Assembly (NCBI GenBank): GCA_051294905.1
Contig: CM119372.1
Coordinates: 496,001-560,000 of the forward strand
DNA length: 64,000 bases
Direction: 5' to 3'
Origin: Botryllus schlosseri
Taxonomy: Eukaryota
Under the pieces are notes generated by a model, which saw only the letters and a program-made list of their open reading frames with translations, was not told the DNA's origin and did no database searches. Position 1 is the first letter of the stretch, and each line of letters starts with the position of its first letter. Shown here piece after piece: positions 35,801 to 48,949 of the stretch. The translations under genes and the position numbers were made by a program.

Positions 35801-38800
35801 TTTCAAATTTTTGCGGCCATTTGATAAAATTGTTAGGTTGGCTAAATAAACGCCGCACACCAAATTTTGCTCAATTCCAACTAGTAGAAACTAAACTATT
35901 GTAGTTGGAAAATGTTGAATTTCTTTAAAAAAAAAAAGAATTTCTTCAAATTTTACTGTGAACCCCATGAAATTGTCTACAAAAAAAACGATGCAAAACA
36001 GATTTGACGCAATTCCAACCCGTTGAAGCAAAGTTAGTTCAGTTTTTCATTCATAATTCTGGGATTACGTATTATCAATGCTATTTTCGCAAATCCTAGA
36101 GTTTTAACTGCAATAATGTCGCTTCTACAGCTTAGAAGTGAGCAGAAATTGTAATGCGTCATAATTTTAGACATTGGGTTGAAAGTGACATTTGAAAAAA
36201 AAAGTCTAAATGTTTTAGTGATAAATTCAAAATTTTAAAGGTCTTTCAACTTCACATCTACCTATTGAGCAAAATTTGGCGTGGAACGTTGGTACTGATA
36301 TTAACATAGCACATAGCCGTAAAAATTTGCAAGATGTTTTGAGTAGAAGTGGAAATAGTAAAAAACTTACACACTTCAGCAAGCGCTGCAAGTAGGCAAA
36401 CCCTACACAGGTACTCTGAAAAAGTAGAACTCACTCTGGCCGCCTTTGCTCAGACATGAACATTTTCAGAGAGCTCCTCGAGCAGATCGCTGAATTTGAG
36501 GAACGTGAGCTCACCCTCGGGGGCAGGTCAAAGAAGGACGAGGGTCTCAAGCCAAAACTGGCCCCCTTGAACGAGACCGGGGGTGCAGCGCTTCTGCAGA
36601 TGGTGGGTTTTGTGTTTTGGGGATTTTGGACGTCCGCATGCAAATTAGAGATGAGTGTACCTAATTAGATTGCTTAGAGCAAACTGCTGACAATCTGATT
36701 CTAATCAAATTTGTGAAATGTTTCTATGCTTTCATTTCAATTCTAACCTCATTTCCGGTTTTCCTGAAAATGCTAAAGGAAAACTGTATCGTTTGAAACG
36801 AGCCAAGCTTGCGGTACAGACATTTGCTATTGTCATGATCTTATATGAACGGAACTTCACTGAATTACCAATTTTTCGCGAATTCAGTAAACTGTATAGC
36901 TGTAACTCGAATGCTAATGCTAGATAGTGGCGTCACTAAAAAGGTAATGAGGGAACTACAGGGATAGATGAGTCGGATGAAAAGACTATGCTATGCTATT
37001 CTGGAAACAACTATTTGGGTTATCGAGTAATGGTAACTGCTACTTTAAGAGGTGAAATGTAATTATAATATGTTATTTTTCACATCTCTCAAGGCTTGTA
37101 ACCAAGTCACAAGGCTCCGAGGCACGAGTCAATCTCACTTTTATAGTTTTGACTCGAGTCAAGTCGAGTCATTTTCAATTCACCACCGAGTCAAGTCCGA
37201 GTCCTTGTAAACGAGCAGCGGGTCGAGTCCAAGTCATTGTGTTGACTGCCCAGTTTCCAGTTAAAGTCTTGTCAAACCCATTTTTTATAACTCTGTTTGG
37301 TGATCGAATGGTTCGCATTTATAATGTACTAATTTTCCACACTTTTAACAGTTTCTGGTCGCATTTTCAAGTACCAGTACCAATAGACGAAATCCCAGTA
37401 GTGCGTTTACTTTACTGTTCTTCGAAATTAAGATTAAATGTCGGTCTTGGTCGTCATAGTGTCGAGTCATATGACTTGCTCCGAGTCATGAGCAATGACT
37501 CGAGTCCAAGTTGAGTCAATACACAGATTGACTCGAGTCGAGTCGTTTTCGTATTTTGAGAAAATGACTCGAGTCAAGTCGAGTCATCATCAAATTGTGA
37601 CTCGAGATGAGTCATTACAACCCTATTTCTCTCACATGCGTGTATATTTCCAGGAGATCCAGAGACTGAAGGAAGAATTGGAGAGCACGAAAGAGCAAAG
37701 TCGCGGGATGGAAGATCGAGTCAATGCGGTGATAAGAGAGAAAAACGCTCTTCAGGAACAAGTGAAGCAGCTCGGCAAAAAACCAGTCGCTACCGTTGTG
37801 AGTAGAATCCGGCCGATTAGACTGGTTTACAGAAAATTAAAAAATATTTGTGGTTTTAACTTTGATATTTAAGTTTTCGGTTTCTGGATACGATGCTGAG
37901 CTCCGATTTGCCCTATCAGGATTTATTGCGATGCATATGGGCTGTTCGAATAGAACTTTTTTTCAAATTTCACTGGATACCCGATGGAATTGTAAGGTTG
38001 TCTAGAAAAACGGGGTGTATAAAATTTGGCGCGATTCCAACCAGTAGAAGCGAAATTATTGCGGTAGAATATTTTGGATTTGAAAATATAGTATTTACGG
38101 TGGTTAAGTCTGTAATAAATAATCTAGGAATTTACACTGTAAATACTATGCCCTAGTGTGCGCGCTTTGCCTAATTTCATTTATTTTTCGAATTTTGGAA
38201 TCGAATTGAAGCCTGTCACAGAATGAGAGAGTTTGCGACTAGCTATAATTCAGTGGTTCTCCATCTATATTCAATCGCTGACCTCTTTTCAAATTTCAAC
38301 AAAATATGTGCACACGTTACTTAGTTACCAACATTATCTTTTTATTTTTTCATCACGAGATGATAGCACGTATTGAAAGAAATATCGGTATCGGCCATGA
38401 GAGGTAAAAAATGAACGGCACTGGTCAACACAGATTTTGGTGCCAAGAAGGTTTCAACGGTTGTAGGGTATTTTTAGGTCGCTGAATCGAAAAATGACAT
38501 TAGTTTTTCTGAATTGGCTCGATTTTTCTAAATATTACATATTTTTGGTTCGAAAAGTGCGATAAATACGTAAATTGTGACATAGGTAAAATGCTCTATG
38601 TATGATACGGATCTTTGTATACTACGGTTTTACGGCGTTCTTATGTCGCTGAATCCGAAAATGACATTCGTTTTTTCCGAATAGACCCTATTCTTTGAGA
38701 TATTCCACATTTTTGTTCGGAAAAGTGCTCAAATACGCAAATTTTGGCATTGGTAAATTTCACTTTATATACTACAACTTCGATGAGTTCACATCTGTCT

Positions 38801-41531
38801 CTTCATGTTTGTGCATCAGGGCTGTTCAAATCCTGAATCTTGCTGGCTACGTGATTAAATCGTGAGGTTGCCTTAAAAAACGATGAATGCCAAATTTGAA
38901 TTCATTCCAACCAATAATCGCGGGTTTCGTACAGTTTGAAAATTTTGAATTTGCCCAAAAATGCAAAAAAAAGTTTTTTTCAAAATTTCCTTTCAACCCC
39001 GTGAAATTGTTGCGCTGTCTTCAAAAACGATGCAAAACAAATTTGACTCAATTCCAGGCTGTAGAAGCGGAGTTATTCAAGTTTTTCGATGATAATTCTG
39101 GAATGATCCATCGAAAAACTGAAATAACTCCACTTCTATGGTTCGGAATTGAGTCAAATTTGTTTTGCATCGTTTTTGAAGAGAGCGCAACAATTTCATG
39201 GGGTTGGAAGAAGAATTTGAAAACAAATTTTTTGCAGTTTTGGGCAAATTCAAAATTTTCAAACTGTACGAAATCCGCGAATATTGGTTGGAATGAATTC
39301 AAATTTGGTGTGCGTCGTATTTCAAGGCAACCTAACGATTTAATCACGTAGCCAGCAAGATTCAGGAAAAAAGGTTATTTTTGAACAGCCCTAGTGTGCA
39401 TACAGTATTGTTCTATTTCTAAAGCGATATCGTTGAAGACGCAATCGCTAACGCAGAGAGCCTTCTATACGCGAGTCCTGTTTCATGTCAAAATCAAGCA
39501 AAAATTATAAAAATTAGGTGATATTGACGGTTAACAACATATTTTTGTAAATCAAAATCAGGCGCCGTCAAAGCCCATACGCTACGTTCAGTAGCGCTCA
39601 AATTTCAGTTATAAAGCTGTCAAAGCACGCTAATCAATCCTCCATTTTCAGTAAAAGCCCTTCGATGTCTTTGCAGTAAAAAAGTTCATCTTGTTGGCTA
39701 AAATACGGAAGTAATTCTTTCTCTCTTGTACGGTAAAATGCTATTCAAGCTCCAGTTCGAGGGCAGTTTTTGTTTTTGAGTCGGGTACTTCCTCATAGAT
39801 CGCCGAGAATATTATAAATATGCGTGATTCCAAGTATTCTACTTACGACGATTAAATGAAATAAATAATAAATAAATAAATAAAAAATATCTCAAAAAGT
39901 AGAGCGAATTCAGAGAAACAGATGTCATTTTCGGACTCAGCAGCCCAAAGACACCTAGAAACCATTAACATATCTTTGGCGCTCAAAAACAATTTTTTTT
40001 TGGCCAGTGTAATTAATTGTTGTTTATTGAAGGACTCGGCCACAGTGTTACAACTCGAGTCGGAAATGAAGAAATTGCAAACTGAATTCAATCAGAATTT
40101 GAGCGAAAAAACGTCAAAAGCGAAGACGTTGGAATCGGATTTGACTGAATCGAAACATCAACTGCTCGCTATCAAGGTGTAAATATTACGCTGCTGTAGT
40201 TTGCGACCCGGGTCGCATACCCTCGTTGTTTTCAGGAACAACTGGAGCTCGCGGAGAAAGAACTGGACAAAAAATTCCGAGAAACTGCCGCTTATCGAAA
40301 TCTCAGAGATATGCTCTCGAAGAAGAACAATCAAATCAAGGAGCTTCGGAAAAATCTCGCAAAGTAATCATCAGATTTATTCTTATTTCACTAATATACT
40401 ACTCAATCCAGATGACGGTCAAGTTACCACACTCAATTAAATTCATAGCAACTAATTCATTCTTATTTTTTTCGATGTCGGATCAACTTTCCGCATGAAC
40501 ATCAATACAAGTTTGAAATGGGAGGGATTTCGAACCTAAAAAGCCCGGCTGCGCCACTGTTAATAGTCATGACTCTGAGCTAGCAATGGCTACAAGAACA
40601 TCACATAACCGAACAATGGTATCACGACTCACACAAGATGACGACACATATTTTTAGTTGACGACAAAAATGAGCAACTGCTCACTTTTCAAAATCCACT
40701 AGAAGTAGAGGTAGAACTAGAATTGAGACAAAATTGGTGTGCAGCGTTTTTTCAGGGAACCCAACATTTTTATCAAGCAGCCAGTAAAATTTGAGAAAAA
40801 AATTTATCAGCGCTGAATGCAAAGGAGAAGCAAAACTAGAACTAGTCACTTTTCATAATACGCAACTAGGACTAGTCAAAAAACGTCAAATAAGTATATT
40901 CCTAGATTGTACAATGTACAAGTCTGCTCACGAAGCACAGTTTTCTATCCAATGAGTCTTGGAGGGTTGCTCTTGGCTGTTGATGGAATGCCAGCGATCC
41001 TGTTATTGATATGATAGCAATTTCATAGGTGTAAATCCTACGCTGGTCTTACATAGGTCTAAAATATGTGTACCTCAATTTTAAGCATGTATGGTTATTT
41101 TCCGAGTAAGAAAATCAAGCCAATCATCCCTAAATGTTGTGATAGTAGCTAACATACGCGTGCTCAACTTTCGTTCATTGTAGGTCGCACGCGTAGATGG
41201 TCAGTAATAATAATGTACTTCTACTTGGCAAAGTACTTTGAGTAGATTTTTCCCACTTGCCCTACTTTCTCGAGTGGCTATGATTTTAGACTATTAATAT
41301 TTCTGCTTGACGGTTTGCAGTTATTCAGGCGAAACTAGTCCTAGAATACTTAACTTTCTTGTTTACTTGTAAATCGAGACTTCTACTTGTACTTGAGTAC
41401 TAACGATGACTACTTTAACCACTCTGGTCGCACGATAAAACTTGCATTACAAGGGGATCTTTGGACGCCCTGACTTACAGTATCTGATTTCGAATTGTTG
41501 ATTTATTTTTAGGTACGAATCCTCAGATTGA
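32838..41531 (+). CDS. LZTFL1: Leucine zipper transcription factor-like 1 (BBS17; BBSome/ciliary trafficking regulator), 296 aa
   Basis: Exons 32838-32840 (ATG|gtgagt), 34117-34241, 35310-35504, 36470-36602, 37654-37797, 40033-40176, 40236-40363 and 41513-41531; all GT-AG, 891 nt in frame. Motifs: LGLNEHHQ, DLKESR-L.EDTFT.DEV, QAEKWHLKL..DISELENRELLEQ, KPKLAPLNE, AEKELDKKF..TAAYRN, KYESSD*. The ATG-only first exon is the least certain. Confidence 0.95.
37091..37625. mobile_element. (GACTC)n-array MITE in LZTFL1 intron 4
   Basis: Termini AAGGCTTGTAA / TTACAACCCTA with a degenerate TSD (CATCTCTC/TTTCTCTC); ends 28 nt before the exon 5 acceptor. Confidence 0.65.
38817..39393. mobile_element. 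Palindromic (hairpin) MITE in LZTFL1 intron 5
   Basis: CAGGGCTGTTCAAA ... TTTGAACAGCCCTA; the two halves are reverse complements almost to the centre; TSD TTGTGCAT/GTGTGCAT. Confidence 0.85.
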
Positions 41532-41715
41532 GGCGATCGGGAGCGACAAAGCCTTTTTGCACATTTTGTATATTGTTTCTACTTTCCGTTCTAACCTTCT
41601 TTGGTATTGTCAGCAATTCACAAATCATTCTAGTCCTTGTGCGCGATACAGCAATTGCAATACCCATCATTGCTGGGTTTTCGGCGATGAATTTTACCTG
41701 GCGATGATATTCACG

Positions 41716-41721
41716 AATAAA
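41716..41721 (+). terminator. LZTFL1 polyadenylation signal
   Basis: AATAAA 185 nt after the stop codon. Confidence 0.6.
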
Positions 41722-43216
41722 ATGTATGTTGTTACATCAGTGGATCAATGGCAGGGTTGAGTTTAGTTTGTTGTTGATAATTCCATCATTTCAAACCGCC
41801 ACAGGACAATGAAAATATAGGAGAGGGGTGTCGAAACGACTTGAAGTATAACCTTTGAAATCAGACACTCACCTGGGCCTAGGCGATGTAAATATGACTC
41901 TGCACACTGGATAAAAAGTAATAGAGACAGCATAAAAGGCAAGCGACAAAAAGGAGGTGGCAAGTGTCGATATGTCAGGTCGAGGTCCGGTAATCTTCAG
42001 TTCTGACTATCAATCACCCAGTAGAACTTGGTTGTATTTCAAGTTGAATGTGGACAGGTCGATCGCAACTAGGTCATTTGATATTGTCCATAACATAACA
42101 GCGTTGAGTTATATTTTTTATCCGAACAAGTCACACACAATGTACATTGCGATTGCGCTGTCATGAACAGATAGGAGGATGTCGAACGACACGTAGCCTA
42201 TCAGTAGCGATGCTTTACTCTAGTAACATCCACCTCGGCCTAGAGTACCCGATGTAACAGTTCTTTTCTATGTTGATCATTTTTGAAGCCGCGGCCCTTT
42301 CTACTAGTTCTTTCCATTCCTTGTGAGTGCTTTCTTTGGTCGGGTCTTTTACTGGGCTTTTTTGTCGCCGTAAGAACGGCAACGGCGGGGTAAGAGGAGC
42401 CGAGATGAACCTCCGACGGGAATCGGCCCGGTCCGTCAGATTGGTAGGCGCTTATCGTAACCAGTCGACTAGCCTTCACAATACGGTTCCACAGTTCCGG
42501 TCCATATCATATCTAGTATAGTGTAATACGTTAGATTCGGTTTATTACCAATTTCATCCGTTCAATGCACCACAAAAATTGCGATACAATGGCAAGGTGT
42601 CGAAACGACACGGAATAGTCTTCGAGATCAGACACCCACCTTGGCCTAGGCCCAGGAGATGTATAGAGGAGGCATGCACATTGCACAGTGCACAAGAAGA
42701 TATTATATAAAACAAAGCGAGCGACGAAATGAGGTGGCATGTCACGTACGGAAGGCGAGATCGATAGGCCAGGTCGTGGTCCTGTAATCTTGAGGACGGA
42801 CTAGTATTCATTTAGTAGAAATTGCTTGTATTTCGACTTGAATGCGGACACAGAACATGCTCGCCGACTACCGGATTGCCGAACATATACTAGTTGGACG
42901 ATGTGGACGCGCGTGCGTGAAAACGCCATTGAATTTTTCTGGGCAGAGACAGCAATAGAACTGATATTCCTATCATTATGTTTAGTTTAGGACACCGAAT
43001 CTCTTGAATAGCGACTTGTTGGTTGCACGACCAGGTGCCTTTGGAAGTGGGACATTACCGACGATGCCGTATCAACAATCTTGTCGTTCACGCAAAGTCG
43101 CCTAGACGCAGTTGACTGAATATGAACATCGAACACTCAACAAGTTTCCTTATAAGGAAGCGTGACGCCGGATGAGAGGTATTAAATTTCGCGTCTCGAG
43201 CGAAAACTGGCTACAG

Positions 43217-45435
43217 GGTTGGTTCGATTGGTTTGAAATAAGGACAAATATGTTAGAAATGAGGTGAGTCTCATGTCAGAAATGAGGATAGTCATGTCAG
43301 AAATGAGGATAGTCATGTCAGAAATAAGGATAGTCGCTATATTCACTATAAAGTCAGTTACAGTACCAGGCACGACTTTCTAGTGCTGCTAACCCAGTCC
43401 GAACACATCCCAGACATGATGTCCAAACACGCCCCAGACACGATGTCCGGGTATCAACACAGGCCGAACACGCCCAAGACACCATGTCCGAATGGCAACA
43501 CAGGCCGAAAACACCCCAGACATGATGTCTGAACACGCCCCAGATACGATGTCCGGGTATCAACACGGGCCGAACACGCCCAAAAGACACCATGTCCGAA
43601 TGGCAACACGGACCGAACACGCCCCAGACACGATGTCCGAGTGTCAACTCAGATCCGAAAACAACCCAGACACCATGCTTGAATAGCCGAACATGTCCCA
43701 GACACGATGTCCGATTGGCAGCACAGGCCGAACACACCACAGACATGATGTCCAAACACGCCCCAGATACGATGTCCGGGTATCAACACAGGCCGAACAC
43801 GCCCTAGACATCATGTGTGAATGGCAGTACAGGCCGAACACCCCCCCCCAGACATGATGTCTGAACACGCCCCAGATACGTTGTCCGGGTATCAACACGG
43901 CCGAACACACCCAAGACACCATGTCCGAATGGCAGCTCAGATCCGAAAACAACCCAGACACCATGCTTGAATGGCCGAACATGCCCCAGACACGATGTCC
44001 GATTGGCAGGACAGGCCGAACACACCACAGACATGATGTCCAAACACGCCCCAGATACGATGTCCGGGTATCAACACAGGCCGAACACGCCCTAGACATC
44101 ATGTGTGAATGGCAGTACAGGCCGAACACCCCCCCCCCCCCATCCAGACATGATGTCCGAACACGCCCCAGATACGTTGTCCGGGTATCAACACGGCCGA
44201 ACACACCCAAGACACCATGTCCGAATGGCAGCACAGGCCGAACACACCCCAGACACAATGTCCGAACACAGCCGAGACACCATGTTTGAATGGCCGAACA
44301 TGCCCAAGACACGATGTCCGATTGGCAGCACAGGCCGAACACACCCCAGACATGATGTCCAAACACGCCCCAGATACGATGCCCGGGTATCAACACAGGC
44401 CGAACACGCCCAAGACACCATGTCCGAATGGCAACACAGGCCGATAACACCCCAGACATGATGTCCGAATACGCCCCAGATACGAAGTCCGGGTATCAAC
44501 ACGGGCCGAACACGCCCAAGACACCATGTCCGAATGGCAACACAGGCCGAACACACCCCAGACACGATGTCCAAGTATCAACACAGGCCGAACACGCCCA
44601 AGACACCATGTCCGAATGGCAACACGGACCGAACACGCCCCAGACACGATGTCCGAGTGTCAACTCAGATCCGAAAACACCCCAGACACGATGTCCGATT
44701 GGCAGCACAGGCCGAACACAACCCATACATGGTGTCGGAACGCCCCAGACACGATGTGCTATTGGCAACACAGTCCCAACACCCCCCAGACACGATGTTA
44801 ATAATTAAGGTTGGTCGTGTTTGAAATAAGGTCAGTCTAGTGTTTGAAATAAGGATAGTCATGTTAGAAATAAGGATAGCCATGTTTGATATAGGGATAG
44901 TCATGTTTGAAATAAGGATAGTCTCATGTTTGGAATGAGGATAGTCATGTCAGAAATGAGGATAGTCATGTCAGAAATAAGGATAGTCGCTATATTCACT
45001 ATAAAGTCAGTTACAGTACCAGGCACGACTTTCTAGTGCTGCTAACCCAGTCCGAACACATCCCAGACATGATGTCCGAACACGCCCCAGATACGATGTC
45101 CGGGTATCAATACAGGCCGAACACGCCCGAGACATCATGTCCGAATGGCATCACAGGCCGAACACACCCCAGACATAATGTGTGAATGGCATCATAGGCC
45201 GACCACATCCCAGACATGATGTCCGAAGTCGCCGCAGACACAATGTCCGAACACAGCCGAGACACCATGTTTGAATGGCCGAACATGCCCCAGACACGAT
45301 GTCCGATTGGCAGCACAGGCCGAACACACCCCAGACATGATGTCCGAACTCGCCGCAGACACGATGTCTGAGTGTCAACTCAGGCCGACACGCCCCAGAT
45401 ATAATGTCTGAATGGCATCATAGGCCGAACACGCC
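43217..45435 (+). repeat. Left arm of the large foldback: 21-bp repeats plus 24/17-bp modular satellite
   Basis: (GAAATGAGGATAGTCATGTCA)n, a fixed spacer, then CCGAACACGCCCCAGACACGATGT and CCGAATGGCAACACAGG / CCGGGTATCAACACAGG units; the whole module occurs twice. Confidence 0.9.
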
Positions 45436-45650
45436 CCAATAACTTCGCTATCTCGTGTCGCAAATTTATAAGGTTGAACTTACTTAATACAGCCATAATG
45501 CACATTTTACCTCATTTTGACGTGTCGCAAGCAATAAAGCACAAGTATGTTTTGGAATGTAATCAAATGTATTGCAAACAAGAATATTCATGAATGCTAG
45601 CTAGGAGAAATCTCAAGATCATGCGTTGTCATGCAAATATTTGTGTAGTC

Positions 45651-46985
45651 CAGTGGTTCCCAACGTGGGCGATATCGCCCCCCGGGGGGCGATTTGTCGG
45701 TCCAGGGGGGCGAAAATAGCCAAGGGGCGATAGGGGGGCGAAAACGGACGAAGGGGGCGATAGGGGGCGATGGCGCGTTGAAATGGCTATATTGGCGTCC
45801 ATGACCGTAACTGCCACACCCAAACCCCAATTGGGATGGGGGCCCGAGATCGAAGGAGGCCCACAATTCTTTCGTGAATGAACAATAATTATTGTGGAAA
45901 TTTAGGCAACTTTTTCAAAAAAATTCCGCGCTGCGCGCCTTTTCTTGGTCTCATATTTCTTACTTATTGGATACCCTTCCTCCAAGAAATAATATGCATG
46001 AGTTATATAAATGGGCATCTCGGCATCAGTCACACCATGTCGCACCAAGAGATATGTATAGTCTCAGGCCATGTAACATGCGACTCCGAGAAGTGGGCCA
46101 GAACGCGAAAACCTTAGGGAAAAGGCCTGCCTTTATGCTGACCGACTTCGATATATATACGATAGACATATTTATTTAATTGTATATATGCGCCTAAATG
46201 GCTGGCGCCAAATGTTCCTGTCCTGGCAATCAGAACCCCACAAAATTATGCCATCTCGCAGAGAAAAATTAATTGCCTGTGCAGACATACCAATTTCAAA
46301 TCGTGTGAATCTTTTAGTTTAGTACGTATGGGCGATTTGAATATCTTTTGGCATAGCAGACAGGCCACAAAATGTCATTACGTAACGAAGTCATTATACC
46401 CACGGGTTCGCCCGAATATGTTAAATTATTATTTACGGGCCCTACATTTTCCAAGACACCTAACTCAGCTTTACCGGTAAATCTGAATACATGAGCAGAG
46501 AGAGGATAAGAAATTGATAGAAATATATATGCAATTCCCGATCATATTGACCGATTCAATCATACCGATGGAAATTTTTCGCGCTTCGCACGAATTAAGC
46601 CGACTAACTAATGAGTCCAACAATTTGTGCTGAGAAGTAGCGGTGAAGAGGTATCGGGGGAGTTGGGTATGAGGGGTGCAGAAGTTTGCTTTATCGCCCT
46701 ATGGAGGGGGGGGTCAAGACCAACGTATTGGGGGCTGACGAAGTGCTGTTATGGTCCTTTTGGAATCAAGTCGGAGAAATCACCTTTTTTGTTACTCAGC
46801 TCACCAAAATTTAGCTGGGAAAGTGAAATTTCGCGGTCGAGCCGAAAAGTTGACCTTTTTTCTTAGTCAACTCGCCGGTGATTTCAGTCTGTATGCCCAT
46901 TCTTCGGTTCCCCATATTTGGGGGGCGATGATCGGCGTGGAGTTTGAAAAGGGGGCGATGAGCCAAAAAAGGTTGGGAACCACTG
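45651..46985. mobile_element. hAT (Charlie-type) MITE with GGGGCGA repeats
   Basis: CAGTGGTTCCCAAC ... GTTGGGAACCACTG; perfect TSD GTGTAGTC. Confidence 0.9.
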
Positions 46986-47059
46986 GTGTAGTCTGTAGGA
47001 GTCGACACCATGCGAGTGCGTTCAACGCTTCCATTTGAAGTATTTCATCAAATTCAGCT

Positions 47060-47420
47060 CCATCTTCCTCGTCTGAATTGATAGATTGTGAAGGCAGAGG
47101 CAGGCTATTGTCACAATTATATTCTGAGGTTCTTCCTTGAATATAGGCAATGCGCGAGATATTTTTTCAACACCCAAAGCAAAAAAAAACAATAGTGACA
47201 TTTTTCGGTCAATGTTCTTGGCCATAATAGTGGCGTGAATAAGTAAGTCCTCAGTGGATAGTCAGCATCTCCAAAAGCATAATCTTCATCATTTAATATT
47301 AATATGCCAAAATGCTGGACAGTTGTGTCTTCAAAAATCGGAATCACAGTCGCACTCTTTCTTCGAATACTTTGCGATAACGTACTGAACATCTGCCAGA
47401 TACTTCCTCGGGGTTCTATT
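47060..47420 (-). pseudogene. PIF/Harbinger (HARBI1-like) transposase remnant
   Basis: GDADYPLRTYLFTP and, after a frameshift, VE...IIVTIACLCLHNL. Confidence 0.65.
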
Positions 47421-47551
47421 CTGATCACCCGTCCGTAAATTTCAACAACTATAGCAATTTCATATTCCTTCACTGCATCGCTTTACTATACAGCATCAGC
47501 AAGCAACTAAAAACAATAACTATCTGGCCACAAATATCCTGCGTTGTAAAC

Positions 47552-48648
47552 CAGGGCTGTCAAACTCAAAATTACGTCGCGGGCCGGATTCAAACATTCG
47601 AAATGCTCGCGGGCCACCGGCTTTGCTTTTCACTTGAACATATTGTTACCAAGCTAGCAAGAATAAGTAGAGCAACACTTTGATCGCGAACAATGAAATT
47701 GACGATGATGATTGGTTGGTTCAATGCACTTATGAACCGCTGCTAAAACAGTCGCGGTAACGACGATACAAGTTCACTTATTTCTATGCTCCATTTACTT
47801 GAGTCGTAATATATCGTTAACCGTATGTATGCGTTGTGAGGATTGATGAATTCCAGAGATTCAACTGTAAACGCGGACTTTTGAATTTGTTGTATTTTAT
47901 TTGTATTATTAAATCACGATTCAGGTTTCTCTACATTACGGGGACCTTTTGAGTCAGAAATGATACAGCACCGCTACCATGCACTGATATTTGTGTAAGA
48001 GTCGTATGAATTGATTTTATCATTGGATTAAAGCTGAAATCGCAGATACTTTGCTGTATAGTACCCCATTCACCAATGTATTGTTCGAAGCTGGTCCAGA
48101 ATGATCATTATTCCACACAACAGTGGAACTAAAGTCCCAATTACACAGTGGATGCCGGGATCTGATCATCGTGTTTCGCGATGCGAATGGAGCAGCGGGC
48201 GATCAGAATAATATTCAGGACTTCTAGCCTATGATCTACGAGGGCTGTAACTGCCACACCGAAACCCCCAATTGGGAGCTCGAAGGGGTCCAATATTATT
48301 TTGTTGGTCGTTTGTTAGTGGATATTTATTCAACTTGGAAAATTCTGTCACGCTTCGCGCGATTTCATGCCCCATTATGCCTAGATTTTAATATCATCAC
48401 TCATCAGTAAAGAAATATGCGCATATTTTAGAGAAATATGCATATCGGCGCTGTCGATTACCACGCAATCAACAGGATTATGACTCTAAGATAAGAGGTG
48501 GGCCAGCGATGTACAACAGGCCCGCAATATAGTCAAATGACAATATTATTGGCCTATGAACTTCAAAAAAATTTCGCGCGGCTAGTGGCCCGCGCGATAA
48601 TTCGTCAATCGAATGTGGCCCGTTAGCTGAAAAGGTTGGCCAGCCCTG
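47552..48648. mobile_element. hAT MITE (CAGGGCTG termini, GCGGGCC subterminal motifs)
   Basis: CAGGGCTGTCAAACT ... AGGTTGGCCAGCCCTG; TSD degenerate. Confidence 0.55.
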
Positions 48649-48949
48649 ATCTAGATGAAACAATTCTGTGTTTCAAAATGAGTCCAATCTGAAATGCAGT
48701 CACACTTGATGCCACAATCGACTTGGTGTGTGTCTCGTTTTATTCCACTCCAGTCTTGTTGCTTGATGGTGTGTAATGTATTGAAATTGTTGAGAGCAAT
48801 ATATATTCAATAACGAGATGAATGGTTGAAATTGGTAGCGGTGATACGTTGCATGAGTCGGACGAGTACACCTTGACAGGTGCCTGCACAGCAGTATTGC
48901 TCTGTAAAATAAACATATTATATATTTTGTGCAGGCTTGATGGATTTCT

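Noticed and set aside
39420..39960. Extra LZTFL1 exon candidates in intron 5
   Set aside because: In-frame stop or no usable donor; exons 5 and 6 already join to give a full-length, collinear protein.
43398..45435. CRISPR-like repeat/spacer appearance
   Set aside because: The apparent spacers are themselves recurrent 17/24-bp modules, the context is eukaryotic and there are no cas genes.
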